The notes below the pieces were generated by a model. It ran no database searches. It had not been told where the DNA came from and worked only from the letters and a program-made list of their open reading frames with translations. A stretch of DNA of 29,714 nt, taken from NCBI GenBank assembly GCA_037440005.1, contig JBBIUY010000037.1, forward strand, positions 1-29,714, given 5' to 3'. The translations under genes were made by a program, and so were the position numbers. Shown here one piece after another: positions 1 through 10,692 of this stretch. Position 1 is the stretch's first letter. Each line of letters begins with the position of its first letter. The stretch comes from Armatimonadota bacterium (GTDB lineage Bacteria; Sysuimicrobiota; Sysuimicrobiia; Sysuimicrobiales; Kaftiobacteriaceae).

Positions 1-7
1 CCCGGCC

Positions 8-102
8 GGGGGAGAGGGTTGGGGTGAGGGGGGTCCAACCTTCAACCTTCAACCTTCAACCTTCACCCTTCAACGCCGTTGAAGGGGGAGGGGGTCTGAA
101 GG
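8..102. repeat. Heptamer tandem repeat (CAACCTT)x4 + CACCCTT + CAAC with purine-rich complementary flanks (REP/STRR-like)
   Basis: CAACCTT at 36-63 (4 perfect copies), CACCCTT 64-70; hairpin CCCTTCAAC-GCC-GTTGAAGGG at 66-86; GGGGGAGAGGGTTGGGGTGAGGGGGG at 8-33. Confidence 0.8.
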
Positions 103-129
103 CGCGGGACAGCGGAAACGGAGGACGGG

Positions 130-435
130 ATGGCGCAGCGCATCCGGATCAAACTGAAGGCGTTCGACCACAGGGTGCTCGACCAGTCGGCCGAGCGGAT
201 CGTGGAGACCGTGCGCCGGACCGGAGCCCGGGTGTCGGGCCCGGTGCCGCTGCCGACGGACCGCAGCGTGTTCTGCGTCATCCGCTCCCCCCACATCGAC
301 AAGGAGTCCATGGAGCACTTCGAGCTGCGGACGCACAAGCGGCTCATCGACATCCTGGAACCCACCCAGAAGACCGTGGACGCGCTGAGCCATCTGGACC
401 TGCCGGCGGGGGTGGACATCGAGATCAAGCTGTGA
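130..435 (+). CDS. rpsJ: 30S ribosomal protein S10
   Basis: [47 protein letters not shown]. Confidence 0.99.
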   Translation: MAQRIRIKLKAFDHRVLDQSAERIVETVRRTGARVSGPVPLPTDRSVFCVIRSPHIDKESMEHFELRTHKRLIDILEPTQKTVDALSHLDLPAGVDIEIKL

Positions 436-483
436 CCGGTGCCGCGGGCCGCGCTGGGGCCCGCGGCCGGCGAGGGACGGACG

Positions 484-1128
484 ATGACGGCCATCGTGGG
501 CAGAAAGCTGGTCATGACCCAGGTCTTCGACGACCAGGGGAACGTGGTGCCGGTCACCGTCATCCAGGCGGGCCCGTGCGTGGTGACCCAGGTGCGGACG
601 CCGGAGCGGGACGGCTACGCGGCGGTGCAGGTGGGTTTTGAGCCCGTCCCCGAGGGCCGGCTGCCCAAGCCCCTGCGGGGCGTGTTCGCCCGGGCCCGGG
701 TGCCCGCCCACCGGATCCTGCGGGAGTTCAGGCCCGCTCCCGGAGAGACCTACGCCGTGGGCCAGCAGATCACCGTGGAGAGGTTCCGCAGCGGGGACCT
801 GGTGGACGTGGTGGGCATCACCAAGGGCCGCGGGTTTGCCGGCGCCATGAAGCGCCACAACTTCCGCGGCCAGCGGGACTCCCACGGCGTGTCCCTGATG
901 CACCGGGCCGTGGGGTCCATCGGGTCCTCCGACGTGGCCCGGGTGTGGCCGGGCAAGCGGATGCCCGGCCGGTACGGCGCCGAGCGGGTGACGGTCCGCA
1001 ACCTCCGGGTGGTCCGCGTGGACCCCGAGCACCACCTGCTCCTGGTGCGGGGCGCGGTCCCCGGCCCCCGGGGCGGCCTGGTGATGGTCCGCACGGCGGT
1101 CGCCGCCCGGGCGGCGCAGGCGAGGTGA
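484..1128 (+). CDS. rplC: 50S ribosomal protein L3
   Basis: MTQVFD..VPVTVI, DGYAAVQVGF, TKGRGFAGAMKRHNF, GAVPGP; ATG 484 after GAGGGA. Confidence 0.98.
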   Translation: MTAIVGRKLVMTQVFDDQGNVVPVTVIQAGPCVVTQVRTPERDGYAAVQVGFEPVPEGRLPKPLRGVFARARVPAHRILREFRPAPGETYAVGQQITVERFRSGDLVDVVGITKGRGFAGAMKRHNFRGQRDSHGVSLMHRAVGSIGSSDVARVWPGKRMPGRYGAERVTVRNLRVVRVDPEHHLLLVRGAVPGPRGGLVMVRTAVAARAAQAR

Positions 1129-1133
1129 GCAGC

Positions 1134-1760
1134 GTGCCGGTGGCGCAGGTGTTCGACGCGACGGGCGCGGAGGCGGGCACCGTGGACCTCCCCGCGGAGG
1201 TGTTCGGCATCACCCCGCACCGGGCCGTGGTGCACCAGGTCCTGGTGGCCCACCTGGCCAACCGCCGGGTGGGGACCCACTCCACCAAGACCCGGGGCGA
1301 GGTCGCCTACAGCACCCGGAAGCTGTGGAGGCAGAAGGGCACCGGCCGGGCCCGCCACGGCAGCCGCCGGGCGCCCCTGTTCGTCGGCGGGGGGGTGGCC
1401 CACGGGCCCAAGCCCCGGGACTACACCCAGCGCACGCCCCGGCAGATGCGCCACCTGGCCATGCGGTCGGTGCTGTCGGCCAAGGCGGCCGCCGGGCGGG
1501 TGGTGGTCATCGAGACGCCGCATCTGGAGGCGCCCCGGACCCGGGCGCTGGCGGACCTGCTGGCCCGTCTCCCCGTGACGGGGAGGACGGTGCTCGTGAC
1601 GGCCGGGCCGGATCCGGTGCTGGCCCGCTCGGCCGCCAACCTGCCGCAGGTGGCGGTGCGTCCGGCGGCCAGCCTGACGATCCACGACGCCCTGGCCGCC
1701 GACTACCTGGTCCTCACGCGGCCGGCGGTGGCGGCGCTGGCGGAGGTGTTCGGCCGGTGA
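1134..1760 (+). CDS. rplD: 50S ribosomal protein L4 (alternative GTG start 1125)
   Basis: [42 protein letters not shown] before GTG 1134. Confidence 0.97.
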   Translation: MPVAQVFDATGAEAGTVDLPAEVFGITPHRAVVHQVLVAHLANRRVGTHSTKTRGEVAYSTRKLWRQKGTGRARHGSRRAPLFVGGGVAHGPKPRDYTQRTPRQMRHLAMRSVLSAKAAAGRVVVIETPHLEAPRTRALADLLARLPVTGRTVLVTAGPDPVLARSAANLPQVAVRPAASLTIHDALAADYLVLTRPAVAALAEVFGR

Positions 1761-2044
1761 CGGATCCCCGGGAAGTCATCCGACGCCCGATCCTGACCGA
1801 GAAGAGCATGCGGGGCTCCCAGATCGGCAAGTACACCTTCGAGGTGGCGCCGGGGGCCACCAAGCCGCAGATCAAGGAGGCCGTGCAGAGGTTGTTCCGG
1901 GTGACGGTGGTGAAGGTGAACACCCTGCGCATCCCGGGGCGGACCCGGCGCCGCGGGCAGCACTACGTGCGGATCCCCGGGTACCGCAAGGCGGTGGTCA
2001 CCCTGGCACCCGGCCAGAAGATCGACCTGGAGGCGTTCACCTAG
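1757..2044 (+). CDS. rplW: 50S ribosomal protein L23
   Basis: [40 protein letters not shown] overlap with rplD. Confidence 0.97.
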   Translation: MTDPREVIRRPILTEKSMRGSQIGKYTFEVAPGATKPQIKEAVQRLFRVTVVKVNTLRIPGRTRRRGQHYVRIPGYRKAVVTLAPGQKIDLEAFT

Positions 2045-2109
2045 AGGCCTGTCCGGCCCCGGGCGGATGGCCGCACCCGGGGACGGCCGACCGCAGGGAG
2101 GCTGGCGAC

Positions 2110-2934
2110 GTGGGAATCAAAAAGTTCAAGCCGGTCACGCCGGGACGGCGCTTCTTCACCGTCTCGACGTTCGAGGAGATCACCAAGAAGGAGCCCGAAC
2201 CCGCGCTCCTGGAGCCGCTGCGCAAGTCGGGGGGGCGCAACGCCCAGGGGCGGGTGACGGTGCGGCACCGCGGAGGCGGCCACAAGCGCCAGTACCGGCT
2301 GGTGGACTTCCGGCGGGACAAAGACGGCATCGTCGCCCGGGTGGCGGCCATCGAGTACGACCCGAACCGGTCCGCCCGGCTGGCGCTGCTGCACTATGCC
2401 GACGGCGAGAAGCGGTACATCCTGGCTCCGGAGGGCCTCCGGGTGGGCGACACGGTGATGTCGGGACCGGAGGCGGACATCAAGCCCGGCAACGCCCTGC
2501 CGCTCCGCCACATCCCGGTGGGGACGCTGGTGCACAACATCGAGCTGTTCCCCGGCAAGGGGGGCCAGCTGGTGCGGGCGGCGGGTGCCGCCGCCCAGGT
2601 GATGGCCAAGGAGGGGGACTACGCCCACATCCGCCTGCCCTCCGGCGAGGTGCGGATGATCCACCTGGCGTGCAAGGCGACGGTGGGGCAGGTGGGCAAT
2701 CTGGAGCACAGCGCCATCTCCCTGGGCAAGGCGGGCCGGTCCCGCTGGCTGGGCCGCCGCCCGGCGGTGCGGGGGGTGGCCATGGATCCGGCCAGCCATC
2801 CCCACGGCGGCGGCGAGGGGCGGTCGCCCATCGGCATGCCGGGTCCCGTCAGCCCCTGGGGCAAACCGACGCTGGGCGCCAAGACGCGCAAGCGCAAGCC
2901 CAGCGACAAGTTCATCGTCAAGCGGAGGAGATAG
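2110..2934 (+). CDS. rplB: 50S ribosomal protein L2
   Basis: [26 protein letters not shown]. Confidence 0.99.
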   Translation: MGIKKFKPVTPGRRFFTVSTFEEITKKEPEPALLEPLRKSGGRNAQGRVTVRHRGGGHKRQYRLVDFRRDKDGIVARVAAIEYDPNRSARLALLHYADGEKRYILAPEGLRVGDTVMSGPEADIKPGNALPLRHIPVGTLVHNIELFPGKGGQLVRAAGAAAQVMAKEGDYAHIRLPSGEVRMIHLACKATVGQVGNLEHSAISLGKAGRSRWLGRRPAVRGVAMDPASHPHGGGEGRSPIGMPGPVSPWGKPTLGAKTRKRKPSDKFIVKRRR

Positions 2935-2946
2935 GGAGGTCGGGGG

Positions 2947-3273
2947 ATGGGGCGGTCGACCAAGAAGGGACCGTTCGTGGACGAGCACCTGCTGGAGAAG
3001 GTGCGGGAGCTGAACCGCACCCGCGAGCGGCGGGTGATCAAGACGTGGTCCCGGCGGTCCACCATCGTGCCGGAGATGGTGGGGCACACCATCGCCGTCT
3101 ACGACGGCCGCAAGCACGTGCCCGTCTACATCACCGAGCAGATGGTGGGCCACAAGCTGGGCGAGTTCGCGCCGACCCGGACCTTCCGGGGCCACGGCGC
3201 GGCGGGGGCGGCCGCCGAGCGCACGACCACCGTCGCGCCTCCGGCGGCGCCGGCGGCGCCGGCGTCCGGATAG
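2947..3273 (+). CDS. rpsS: 30S ribosomal protein S19 with Ala/Pro-rich C-terminal tail
   Basis: [32 protein letters not shown]. Confidence 0.99.
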   Translation: MGRSTKKGPFVDEHLLEKVRELNRTRERRVIKTWSRRSTIVPEMVGHTIAVYDGRKHVPVYITEQMVGHKLGEFAPTRTFRGHGAAGAAAERTTTVAPPAAPAAPASG

Positions 3274-3282
3274 GAGGGCGTC

Positions 3283-3621
3283 ATGGAGGCCAAGGCGGTC
3301 GCCCGGTACGTGCGACTGTCGCCCAAGAAGGTGCAGCGGGTGGTGCAGGTGATCCGCGGCCGGCCGGTGGGGGAGGCGGAGGCGCTGTTGCGCTTCCTGC
3401 CGTCCCGGGCCGCGCGGGTGGTGGCCAAGGTGCTGCGCTCGGCGGTGGCCAACGCCGAGAACAACCTGGACCTGGACCGCGCGTCCCTGGTGGTGGCCCG
3501 GGCGTTCGTGGACCGGGGGCCGTCGGCCAAGCGGGTGCAGCCCCGAGCCCGGGGCCGGGCCGATATCATCACGCGGCGGAGCAGCCACATCACGGTGGTG
3601 GTGTCCGACCAGCGGCCGTAG
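3283..3621 (+). CDS. rplV: 50S ribosomal protein L22
   Basis: [28 protein letters not shown]. Confidence 0.99.
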   Translation: MEAKAVARYVRLSPKKVQRVVQVIRGRPVGEAEALLRFLPSRAARVVAKVLRSAVANAENNLDLDRASLVVARAFVDRGPSAKRVQPRARGRADIITRRSSHITVVVSDQRP

Positions 3622-3651
3622 GGGCCGGCGGTCGGCAGCGGAGGTGACCCG

Positions 3652-4473
3652 GTGGGTCAGAAGATTCATCCGGTAGGACTGCGGGTGGGGATCATCCGGG
3701 ACTGGGAGTCCCGGTGGTACGCCCGGGACATGGCCGGCCTCATCCAGGAGGACCTGGCCATCCGCCGGCACATCAAGGACAAGCTGGGCCGGGCCGGCAT
3801 CTCCCGGGTGGAGATCGAGCGCTTCGGGACCCAGACCGGGGTCGGGGGCAAGCCCCAGGTCCGGATCATCATCCACGCCGCCCGTCCGGGGATCATCATC
3901 GGCCGGGGGGGGTCGGGCATCGACGCCCTCAAGAAGGAGCTGGAGGCGCTGACCGGCAAGCAGGTGCAGCTCACCGTCCACGAGATCCGCCGCCCGGAGC
4001 TGGAGGCGGTGCTGGTCGCCGAGAACGTGGCCCAGCAGCTGGAGCGCCGGGTGGCGTACCGGCGGGCCATGAAGCAGGCGGTGCAGCGCAGCCTGCGGGC
4101 GGGGGCGAAGGGCATCCGGATCGCCTGCTCGGGCCGGCTGGCCGGCGCCGAGATCGCCCGCTACGAGTGGTACCGGGAGGGCCGGGTGCCCCTGCACACC
4201 CTGCGGGCGGACATCGACTTCGGCGTGGCCGAGGCCCTGACCACCTACGGGCGGATCGGGGTGAAGGTGTGGATCTACCGGGGCGACATCCTGCCCGAGC
4301 GCCGGCCCGAGGTGGAGGTGCGGAGGCCTCCGCGGCTCGCCGAGCGGGCCCCGGCGGCCTCCGAGGCCGCGCCGGTCCAGGGCGCCGCCTCGTCCGAGGG
4401 CCCTCCGGTGGTCATCCCCACCCGGGAGCCGCGGCCGGTGGTGGCCAGGAGAGACGCCGATGTTGATGCCTAA
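3652..4473 (+). CDS. rpsC: 30S ribosomal protein S3 with KH-loop insert and C-terminal extension
   Basis: [52 protein letters not shown]. Confidence 0.99.
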   Translation: MGQKIHPVGLRVGIIRDWESRWYARDMAGLIQEDLAIRRHIKDKLGRAGISRVEIERFGTQTGVGGKPQVRIIIHAARPGIIIGRGGSGIDALKKELEALTGKQVQLTVHEIRRPELEAVLVAENVAQQLERRVAYRRAMKQAVQRSLRAGAKGIRIACSGRLAGAEIARYEWYREGRVPLHTLRADIDFGVAEALTTYGRIGVKVWIYRGDILPERRPEVEVRRPPRLAERAPAASEAAPVQGAASSEGPPVVIPTREPRPVVARRDADVDA

Positions 4474-4879
4474 GCGCACCAAGTACCGCAAGGCCCAGCG
4501 GGGTCGGATGAAGGGCCGGGTGCTGGCCGGGACCACCATCGCCTTCGGGGAGTACGCCCTGCAGGCCCTGGAGCCGGCCTGGATCACCAGCGCCCAGATC
4601 GAGGCGGCCCGCCGGGCCATCACCCGGCACGTCAAGCGGGGCGGCAAGCTGTGGATCCGGATTTTTCCCGACAAGCCGGTGACCAAGAAGCCGGCGGAGA
4701 CCCGGATGGGGTCCGGCAAGGGCAACCCCGAGTACTGGGTGGCGGTGGTGCGCCCGGGACGGATTCTCTTCGAGCTGGCGGGGGTGGATGAGGCCAACGC
4801 CCGGGAGGCCATGACCCTGGCGGCCCACAAGCTGCCCATCCGGACCAAGTTTGTGGTCCGGGAAGAGGCGGCGGTGTAG
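4460..4879 (+). CDS. rplP: 50S ribosomal protein L16
   Basis: [40 protein letters not shown]. Confidence 0.99.
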   Translation: MLMPKRTKYRKAQRGRMKGRVLAGTTIAFGEYALQALEPAWITSAQIEAARRAITRHVKRGGKLWIRIFPDKPVTKKPAETRMGSGKGNPEYWVAVVRPGRILFELAGVDEANAREAMTLAAHKLPIRTKFVVREEAAV

Positions 4880-4906
4880 CCGCCGGGCCGGGCGGGGAGG
4901 CTGACC

Positions 4907-5098
4907 ATGCGGGCGGCAGAGCTGCGTCAGATGACCGCCGAGGAGCTGCTGCGGAAGCTGGACGAGGTGCAGCGGGAGCTGTTCACCCTGCGGCTGAAGG
5001 CGACCGGCCAGCAGCCCAACACCTCCCGGATCCGGGAGCTGCGGCGGGACGTGGCCCGGCTCAAGACCGTGCTGGCGGAAAAGGGCGTGGCGGTGTAG
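4907..5098 (+). CDS. rpmC: 50S ribosomal protein L29
   Basis: [19 protein letters not shown]; position after rplP. Confidence 0.97.
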   Translation: MRAAELRQMTAEELLRKLDEVQRELFTLRLKATGQQPNTSRIRELRRDVARLKTVLAEKGVAV

Positions 5099-5111
5099 GA
5101 GCGGGAGGCCG

Positions 5112-5369
5112 ATGGAGACGCGCGGCAGGCGGAAGACCCGGATCGGGGTCGTGGTCAGCGACAAGATGGACAAGACCGTGGTGGTCCGGGTGGAGACCAT
5201 CCGGCGCCACCCCCTCTACGGGAAGACGGTGCGTCACGTGGCCAAGTTCAAGGCCCACAACGAGGGCAACGTCGCCCGCCAGGGTGACCGGGTGCTCATC
5301 ATGGAGACCCGCCCCCTGAGCAGGGAGAAACGCTGGCGGGTGGTCCGGGTGCTGGAGAAGGCGCCATGA
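5112..5369 (+). CDS. rpsQ: 30S ribosomal protein S17
   Basis: [29 protein letters not shown]. Confidence 0.99.
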   Translation: METRGRRKTRIGVVVSDKMDKTVVVRVETIRRHPLYGKTVRHVAKFKAHNEGNVARQGDRVLIMETRPLSREKRWRVVRVLEKAP

Positions 5370-5734
5370 TCCGGCCCTACACACGGCTGAAGGTGGCCGA
5401 CAACACCGGGGCGCGGCAGCTGATGGTGATCCGCGTTCTGGGGGGGAGCAACCGCCGGTACGCCACCGTGGGGGACGTGGTGGTGTGCTCGGTCAAGCAG
5501 GCGATCCCCAACAGCCCCGTCAAGGAGGGCGAGGTGGTCCGGGCCGTGGTGGTGCGGACCCGGCGTCCGATCCGGCGGCCCGACGGGTCGTACATCCGGT
5601 TCGACGACAACGCGGCGGTGATCCTCAGCGACGCCCTGAACCCGCGGGGGACGCGCATCTTCGGCCCCGTGGCGCGGGAGCTGCGGGAGAAGCAGTTCAT
5701 GAAGATCATCTCCCTGGCGCCGGAGGTCCTGTAG
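5366..5734 (+). CDS. rplN: 50S ribosomal protein L14
   Basis: [37 protein letters not shown]. Confidence 0.99.
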   Translation: MIRPYTRLKVADNTGARQLMVIRVLGGSNRRYATVGDVVVCSVKQAIPNSPVKEGEVVRAVVVRTRRPIRRPDGSYIRFDDNAAVILSDALNPRGTRIFGPVARELREKQFMKIISLAPEVL

Positions 5735-5735
5735 G

Positions 5736-6077
5736 ATGGCGGTGGCGGTCGAGCGGCACCGAGTGCACGTGAAGAAAGGCGACATGGTGGAGGTGATCGC
5801 CGGCAAGCAGCGGGGCAAGCGCGGCAAGGTGCTGCGGGTCCTGCCCAAGCACGGCCGGATCATCGTGGAGGGCGTGAACGTGGTCAAGCGCCACACCCGC
5901 CCCACCCAGAAGATGCCCCAGGGGGGTATCGTGGAAAAGGAGGCCCCCATCCCGAGCAGCAAGGTGATGCTGGTGTGCCCCAAGTGCGGGCGGCCGGTCC
6001 GGATGGGGCACGGCTACCTGGCCGACGGGACCAAGGTGCGGGTGTGCAAGCGCTGCGGGGAGCAGATCGAGAAATGA
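5736..6077 (+). CDS. rplX: 50S ribosomal protein L24 (with CxxC..CxxC)
   Basis: [15 protein letters not shown] motif, VEGVN, EAPIPSS, CPKC/CKRC. Confidence 0.98.
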   Translation: MAVAVERHRVHVKKGDMVEVIAGKQRGKRGKVLRVLPKHGRIIVEGVNVVKRHTRPTQKMPQGGIVEKEAPIPSSKVMLVCPKCGRPVRMGHGYLADGTKVRVCKRCGEQIEK

Positions 6078-6712
6078 GCGACGGCACGAAGAAGCGGCAG
6101 CCCGCGCCGACCCCGGCTCCGACGGCCGCCGAGGCGGCGGCCCCGCCGGCGGCCGGCCCCCGGCCCCCGGCGCGGTTGAAAGTCCTCTACCGCACCGAGG
6201 TGGTGCCGCGGCTGCGGGAGCGGTTCGGATACCGCAACATCATGGAGGTCCCGCGGGTGGAGAAGGTGGTGCTCAACATGCGGGTGGGCGACGCCACCAC
6301 CGACCCGCGGTTCCTGGACAAGGCGGTGGAGGAGCTCGCCCTCATCGCCGGCCAGCGGCCGGTGGTGGTCCGGGCCAAGAAGTCCATCGCCGCCTTCAAG
6401 CTCCGCAAGGGCACGCCCATCGCGGCCCGGGTGACCCTGCGGGGGGACCGGATGTACGAGTTCCTGGACAAGCTGTTCACCATCGCGCTGCCCCGCATCC
6501 GGGACTTCAAGGGGATCTCCGCGCGGCAGTTCGACGGGCGGGGGAACCTGAACATCGGCGTCCGGGAGCAGCTGATCTTCCCCGAGATCGACTACGACCG
6601 GGTGGAGAAGATCCGGGGGATGGACATCACGGTGGTGACCACCGCCCGGACCGACGAGGAGGCGCGGGAGCTGTTGCGGCTGATGGGTCTGCCCCTGCGG
6701 GAGGCGGCCTGA
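6074..6712 (+). CDS. rplE: 50S ribosomal protein L5 with Ala/Pro-rich N-terminal extension
   Basis: [49 protein letters not shown] overlap with rplX. Confidence 0.98.
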   Translation: MSDGTKKRQPAPTPAPTAAEAAAPPAAGPRPPARLKVLYRTEVVPRLRERFGYRNIMEVPRVEKVVLNMRVGDATTDPRFLDKAVEELALIAGQRPVVVRAKKSIAAFKLRKGTPIAARVTLRGDRMYEFLDKLFTIALPRIRDFKGISARQFDGRGNLNIGVREQLIFPEIDYDRVEKIRGMDITVVTTARTDEEARELLRLMGLPLREAA

Positions 6713-6788
6713 AAAGACAGCGACCGGGTGGGGCGTCCGGGGCGGAGCGGCTCCGATGACCCCCGACCCCGGCAGGGGGAGGTCAGAG

Positions 6789-6974
6789 GTGGCCAAGAAG
6801 GCGCTGCTGGAGAAGTGGAGGCGGGAACCCAAGTTCACGGTGCGCCGGTACACCCGGTGCCTGCGGTGCGGGCGCCCGCGGGCGGTTTTCCGCAAGTTCG
6901 GCCTGTGCCGCATCTGCCTGCGGCAGCTGGCGCACCGGGGCGAAATTCCGGGACTGGTCAAGGCGAGCTGGTGA
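6789..6974 (+). CDS. rpsN: 30S ribosomal protein S14, short zinc-binding (type Z) form
   Basis: 61 aa, [33 protein letters not shown]. Confidence 0.98.
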   Translation: MAKKALLEKWRREPKFTVRRYTRCLRCGRPRAVFRKFGLCRICLRQLAHRGEIPGLVKASW

Positions 6975-7032
6975 GCAGGGCGTCGACAGGGTCCCGGCCA
7001 AGGCCGGGAGACCGATGGAGGGGACGGACAGC

Positions 7033-7434
7033 GTGGGTGTCGTTACCGACCCGATCGCCGACATGCTGACGCGGATCCGCAACGCGATCCACGCGCGGCA
7101 CGACCACGTGGACGTGCCGGCCAGCCGGCTGAAGATGGAGATCGCGCGGATCCTCAAGGACGAGGGGTTCATCGCCGACTGGCACCGGATCGACCGGGGT
7201 CCCCAGGGCGTGATCCGGATCACCCTGAAGTACGGGCCCCGCAAGGAGCCGGTCCTGTCGGGGATCCGCCGGGTCAGCCGGCCGGGTCTGCGGATCTACG
7301 CTGGCCGCAAGACGCTGCCGCGGGTGCGCGCGGGGCTGGGGGTGGCCATCGTCAGCACCTCCCGCGGGGTGATGACCGACCGCCAGGCCCGCCGGATGGG
7401 CATCGGGGGCGAAGTCATCTGCTACGTCTGGTGA
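7033..7434 (+). CDS. rpsH: 30S ribosomal protein S8 (alternative ATG 7015)
   Basis: [29 protein letters not shown]. Confidence 0.98.
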   Translation: MGVVTDPIADMLTRIRNAIHARHDHVDVPASRLKMEIARILKDEGFIADWHRIDRGPQGVIRITLKYGPRKEPVLSGIRRVSRPGLRIYAGRKTLPRVRAGLGVAIVSTSRGVMTDRQARRMGIGGEVICYVW

Positions 7435-7463
7435 CGGGCACAGACCCGTGGGGAGGTCAGGTC

Positions 7464-8018
7464 ATGTCGCGCGTGGGCAGGGCGCCCATTCCCATTCCTC
7501 CCGGCGTGACGGTCACGGTGAGCGGCCGCACGGTGGAGGTGGTGGGCCCGCGGGGCCGCCTGGTCCGGGACGTCCACCCGGACATGACGGTGCAGGTCCG
7601 CGACGGCGCCCTGGTGGTGCAGCGTCCCACCGACCAGGACACCCACCGGGCCCTCCACGGCCTCACCCGCGCCCTGCTGGCCAACATGGTCCGGGGGGTG
7701 GTGGAGGGCTACCGGGTGGAGCTGGAGATCGTCGGGGTCGGCTACCGGGCCGTCAAGCAGGGGAACGCCCTCAGCCTGCAGGTGGGCTTTTCCCACCCGG
7801 TGGTGGTGACGCCTCCCGACGGGATCCAGTTCGAGGTGCCCCAGCCCACCCGCATCGTGGTCAGCGGCATCGACAAGGAGCTGGTGGGTCAGGTGGCGGC
7901 CCGGCTGCGGGCCATCCGGCCGCCGGACCCGTACAAGGGCAAGGGGATCCGGTACGCCGGCGAGCGCATCCGGCTCAAGCCGGGCAAGACGGGACGGACC
8001 GTCGGCGGCCGGGCGTAG
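7464..8018 (+). CDS. rplF: 50S ribosomal protein L6
   Basis: [33 protein letters not shown]. Confidence 0.99.
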   Translation: MSRVGRAPIPIPPGVTVTVSGRTVEVVGPRGRLVRDVHPDMTVQVRDGALVVQRPTDQDTHRALHGLTRALLANMVRGVVEGYRVELEIVGVGYRAVKQGNALSLQVGFSHPVVVTPPDGIQFEVPQPTRIVVSGIDKELVGQVAARLRAIRPPDPYKGKGIRYAGERIRLKPGKTGRTVGGRA

Positions 8019-8028
8019 GAGGGCGGGG

Positions 8029-8397
8029 ATGATCACACGGGTTGACCGCAACGCGCTGCGGCTGCGCCGGCACACCCGCATCCGCCAGCGGATCGCCGGC
8101 ACCGGCCACCGCCCCCGGCTGTCGGTGTTCCGCAGCCTCAAGCACATCTACGCCCAGATCATCGACGACGAGAGGGGCGTGACCCTGGCTGCGGCGTCGA
8201 CCCTGGATCCGGAGGTGCGGGACCAGGTGCGGGGCAAGCGCAAGACCGAGGCCGCCGGCGTGGTGGGCGAGCTGCTGGCCCGCCGGGCGCTGGCCCGGGG
8301 CATCGCCCGGGTGGTCTTCGACCGCGGCGGATACAAGTACCACGGCCGGGTGCGGGCCCTGGCCGAGGGCGCGCGCCGGGGCGGGTTGCAGTTCTGA
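8029..8397 (+). CDS. rplR: 50S ribosomal protein L18
   Basis: [26 protein letters not shown]. Confidence 0.99.
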   Translation: MITRVDRNALRLRRHTRIRQRIAGTGHRPRLSVFRSLKHIYAQIIDDERGVTLAAASTLDPEVRDQVRGKRKTEAAGVVGELLARRALARGIARVVFDRGGYKYHGRVRALAEGARRGGLQF

Positions 8398-8415
8398 GAC
8401 CGGCGGGAGGCACCG

Positions 8416-8934
8416 ATGTCGATCAAACGGGTCGACCCCTCCGCGGTGAACCTCACCGTGGAGAAGGCGGTGTGGATCAACCGGGTGGCTAAGGTCACCA
8501 AGGGCGCCAAGCGCTTCAACTTCGCCGCCCTGGTGGTGGTGGGCGACGAACAGGGCCACGTGGGCGTGGGGCTGGGCAAGGCCGCCGAGGTGCCCGACGC
8601 CATCCGCAAGGCCGTGGAAGACGCCAAGAAGCAGCTCATCGAGGTGCCCCTGCGGGGGACCACCATCCCCCACGAGGTGATCGGCCGCTACGGGGCCTCC
8701 CGGGTCCTGCTGAAGCCGGCGTCGCAGGGCACCGGCGTCATCGCCGGCGGCTCGGTGCGGGCGGTGCTGGAGGCGGCGGGGGTGAAGGACATCCTGACCA
8801 AGTCCCTGGGCTCCCGCAACCCCATCAATCAGGCCCGGGCCACCCTGGCGGCCCTGCTGGACCTGCGGACACCCGAGGAGGTGGCCCGGATCCGGGGGAA
8901 GGCGGTGGGCGAGCCCGTGGGGACCCGGCGCTGA
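8416..8934 (+). CDS. rpsE: 30S ribosomal protein S5
   Basis: [33 protein letters not shown]. Confidence 0.99.
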   Translation: MSIKRVDPSAVNLTVEKAVWINRVAKVTKGAKRFNFAALVVVGDEQGHVGVGLGKAAEVPDAIRKAVEDAKKQLIEVPLRGTTIPHEVIGRYGASRVLLKPASQGTGVIAGGSVRAVLEAAGVKDILTKSLGSRNPINQARATLAALLDLRTPEEVARIRGKAVGEPVGTRR

Positions 8935-8957
8935 CGGGATCCGGGAGGAGACGGCGC

Positions 8958-9443
8958 ATGCTGACCATCGACACGCTGAGACCGCCCCGGGGCGCGCGCA
9001 AGAGGCGCCGGCGGGTGGGGCGAGGCCTGGGGTCGGGCCGCGGGGTCTACAGCGGCCGCGGCCGCAAGGGACAGAAGGCCCGCTCGGGCGCCGGGCCGCG
9101 CCCGGGGTTCGAGGGCGGGCAGACCATCCTGGTCAAGCGGCTGCCCTTCCGGCGGGGCGTGCGGGCGGGCGGGGCCAGCCACACCGGGGGTGTGCGGCGA
9201 CCCCGCTACGAGCCGGTGAACCTGCGGGATCTGGCCCGCTTTCCCGCCGGCAGCGAGGTCTCCCCCCAGACCCTGCGGGAGGCGGGGCTGGTGCGCCGCG
9301 GCCCGGTGAAGATCCTGGGGCTGGGGACCCTGGACCGGCCGCTGGTGGTGCGGGCCCACGCCTTCAGCCGGCGGGCGGCGGAAGCCATCGAGCGCGCCGG
9401 CGGCCGCGCGGAGGTGATCGAGGATGCTGGCCGGCCTGGTTAA
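8958..9443 (+). CDS. rplO: 50S ribosomal protein L15
   Basis: RVGRGLGSG, GRKGQKARSG, GFEGGQ, VKILG. Confidence 0.98.
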   Translation: MLTIDTLRPPRGARKRRRRVGRGLGSGRGVYSGRGRKGQKARSGAGPRPGFEGGQTILVKRLPFRRGVRAGGASHTGGVRRPRYEPVNLRDLARFPAGSEVSPQTLREAGLVRRGPVKILGLGTLDRPLVVRAHAFSRRAAEAIERAGGRAEVIEDAGRPG

Positions 9444-10692
9444 CGCCTGGCGGATCGCCGATCTCCGCCGCCGGCTGCTGTTTACGGCGGCGATGCTGGT
9501 CCTGTTCCGTCTGGGGGCCCACCTCCCGGTGCCGGGGGTGAACGTGGCGGCCCTGGAGCAGCTGTTCCGCCAGCGGGGCAGCGTCTTCAACTTCCTGGAC
9601 CTGTTCGTGGGCGGCGCCTTCAGCAACTTCGCCCTGTTTGCGTTGGGCGTGTTCCCGTACATCACCGCCTCCATCATCATGTCCCTGCTGCAGGTGGTGT
9701 TCCCGCGCCTGAAGGAGATGGCCCAGGAGGAGGGGGAGGCGGGCCGCCGGCAGATCGGGATGTACACCCGCTACCTGACCGTGGCACTGGCCCTGCTGCA
9801 GGCTGCGGGGCAGGTGGTGCTGATCCGCAACCTGGGCGCCCTGCCCGACACCCGGCCGCTGACCATGGGGATGATCGTGGTCACCCTCATGGCCGGCACC
9901 ATGCTCCTGACCTGGATGGGAGAGGTCATGACCGAGTACGGGGTCGGCAACGGGGTCTCCCTGATCATCTTCGGCGGGATCGTGGCGCGGCTGCCCAGCC
10001 AGCTGGCCCAGACCCTGCGGCTGGTGGGCGTGGGGGAGGTCCGGCTGTGGCAGTTCCTCCTGGACGTGCTGATCGTGCTGGCCAGCATCGTGGCCGTGGT
10101 CTGGGTCACCCAGGCCGTCCGCAAGATCCCGGTCCAGTACGCCAAACGGGTGGTGGGGCGGCGGGTGTACGGGGGGCAGAGCACCCACCTGCCCATCCGG
10201 GTCATCCAGGCGGGCGTCATCCCCATCATCTTCGCCGTCTCGGTGCTGCAGTTTCCGGGGACCATCGCCCAGTTCGCGCGCTACGAGCCACTGCGGCGGG
10301 TCGGCGACATGATCCTGCCCGGGCGGCCGCTGGGCGACGCCCTGTACTTCGTCCTGATCATCCTGTTCACGTACTTTTACACCGCGGTGAGCTTTGACCC
10401 CGGCGAGGTGGCCGAGAACATCAAGAAGTATGGGGGGTTCATCCCCGGCATCCGTCCGGGGCGTCCCACCAGCGACTACCTGGCGCGGGTGGTGGACCGG
10501 CTGACCCTGGTGGGCGCCCTGGCCCTGGCCGTGATCGCCATCGTGCCCCTGTACCTCTCCCGGGGCACGGGCGTGCTGACGTTCTACCTGGCAGGCACCT
10601 CGCTGCTGATCGTGGTGGGCGTGGCGCTGGAGACCATGAAGCAGATCGAGGCCTACGTCCTCATGCGCCACTACGAAGGCTTCATGCGGTAG
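9424..10692 (+). CDS. secY: Preprotein translocase subunit SecY
   Basis: FALGVFPYITASII, GVGNGVSLIIF, AGVIPIIFA, FIPGIRPG, GTSLLIVVGV. Confidence 0.99.
   Translation: MLAGLVNAWRIADLRRRLLFTAAMLVLFRLGAHLPVPGVNVAALEQLFRQRGSVFNFLDLFVGGAFSNFALFALGVFPYITASIIMSLLQVVFPRLKEMAQEEGEAGRRQIGMYTRYLTVALALLQAAGQVVLIRNLGALPDTRPLTMGMIVVTLMAGTMLLTWMGEVMTEYGVGNGVSLIIFGGIVARLPSQLAQTLRLVGVGEVRLWQFLLDVLIVLASIVAVVWVTQAVRKIPVQYAKRVVGRRVYGGQSTHLPIRVIQAGVIPIIFAVSVLQFPGTIAQFARYEPLRRVGDMILPGRPLGDALYFVLIILFTYFYTAVSFDPGEVAENIKKYGGFIPGIRPGRPTSDYLARVVDRLTLVGALALAVIAIVPLYLSRGTGVLTFYLAGTSLLIVVGVALETMKQIEAYVLMRHYEGFMR

Noticed and set aside
36..74. CRISPR-like array
   Set aside because: 7-bp contiguous units without spacers; no cas genes
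2041..4908. 955-aa minus-strand ORF (also 9364-12261, 16785-18557 and many overlapping ORFs)
   Set aside because: Antisense or alternate-frame shadows of conserved genes in high-GC DNA; no motifs
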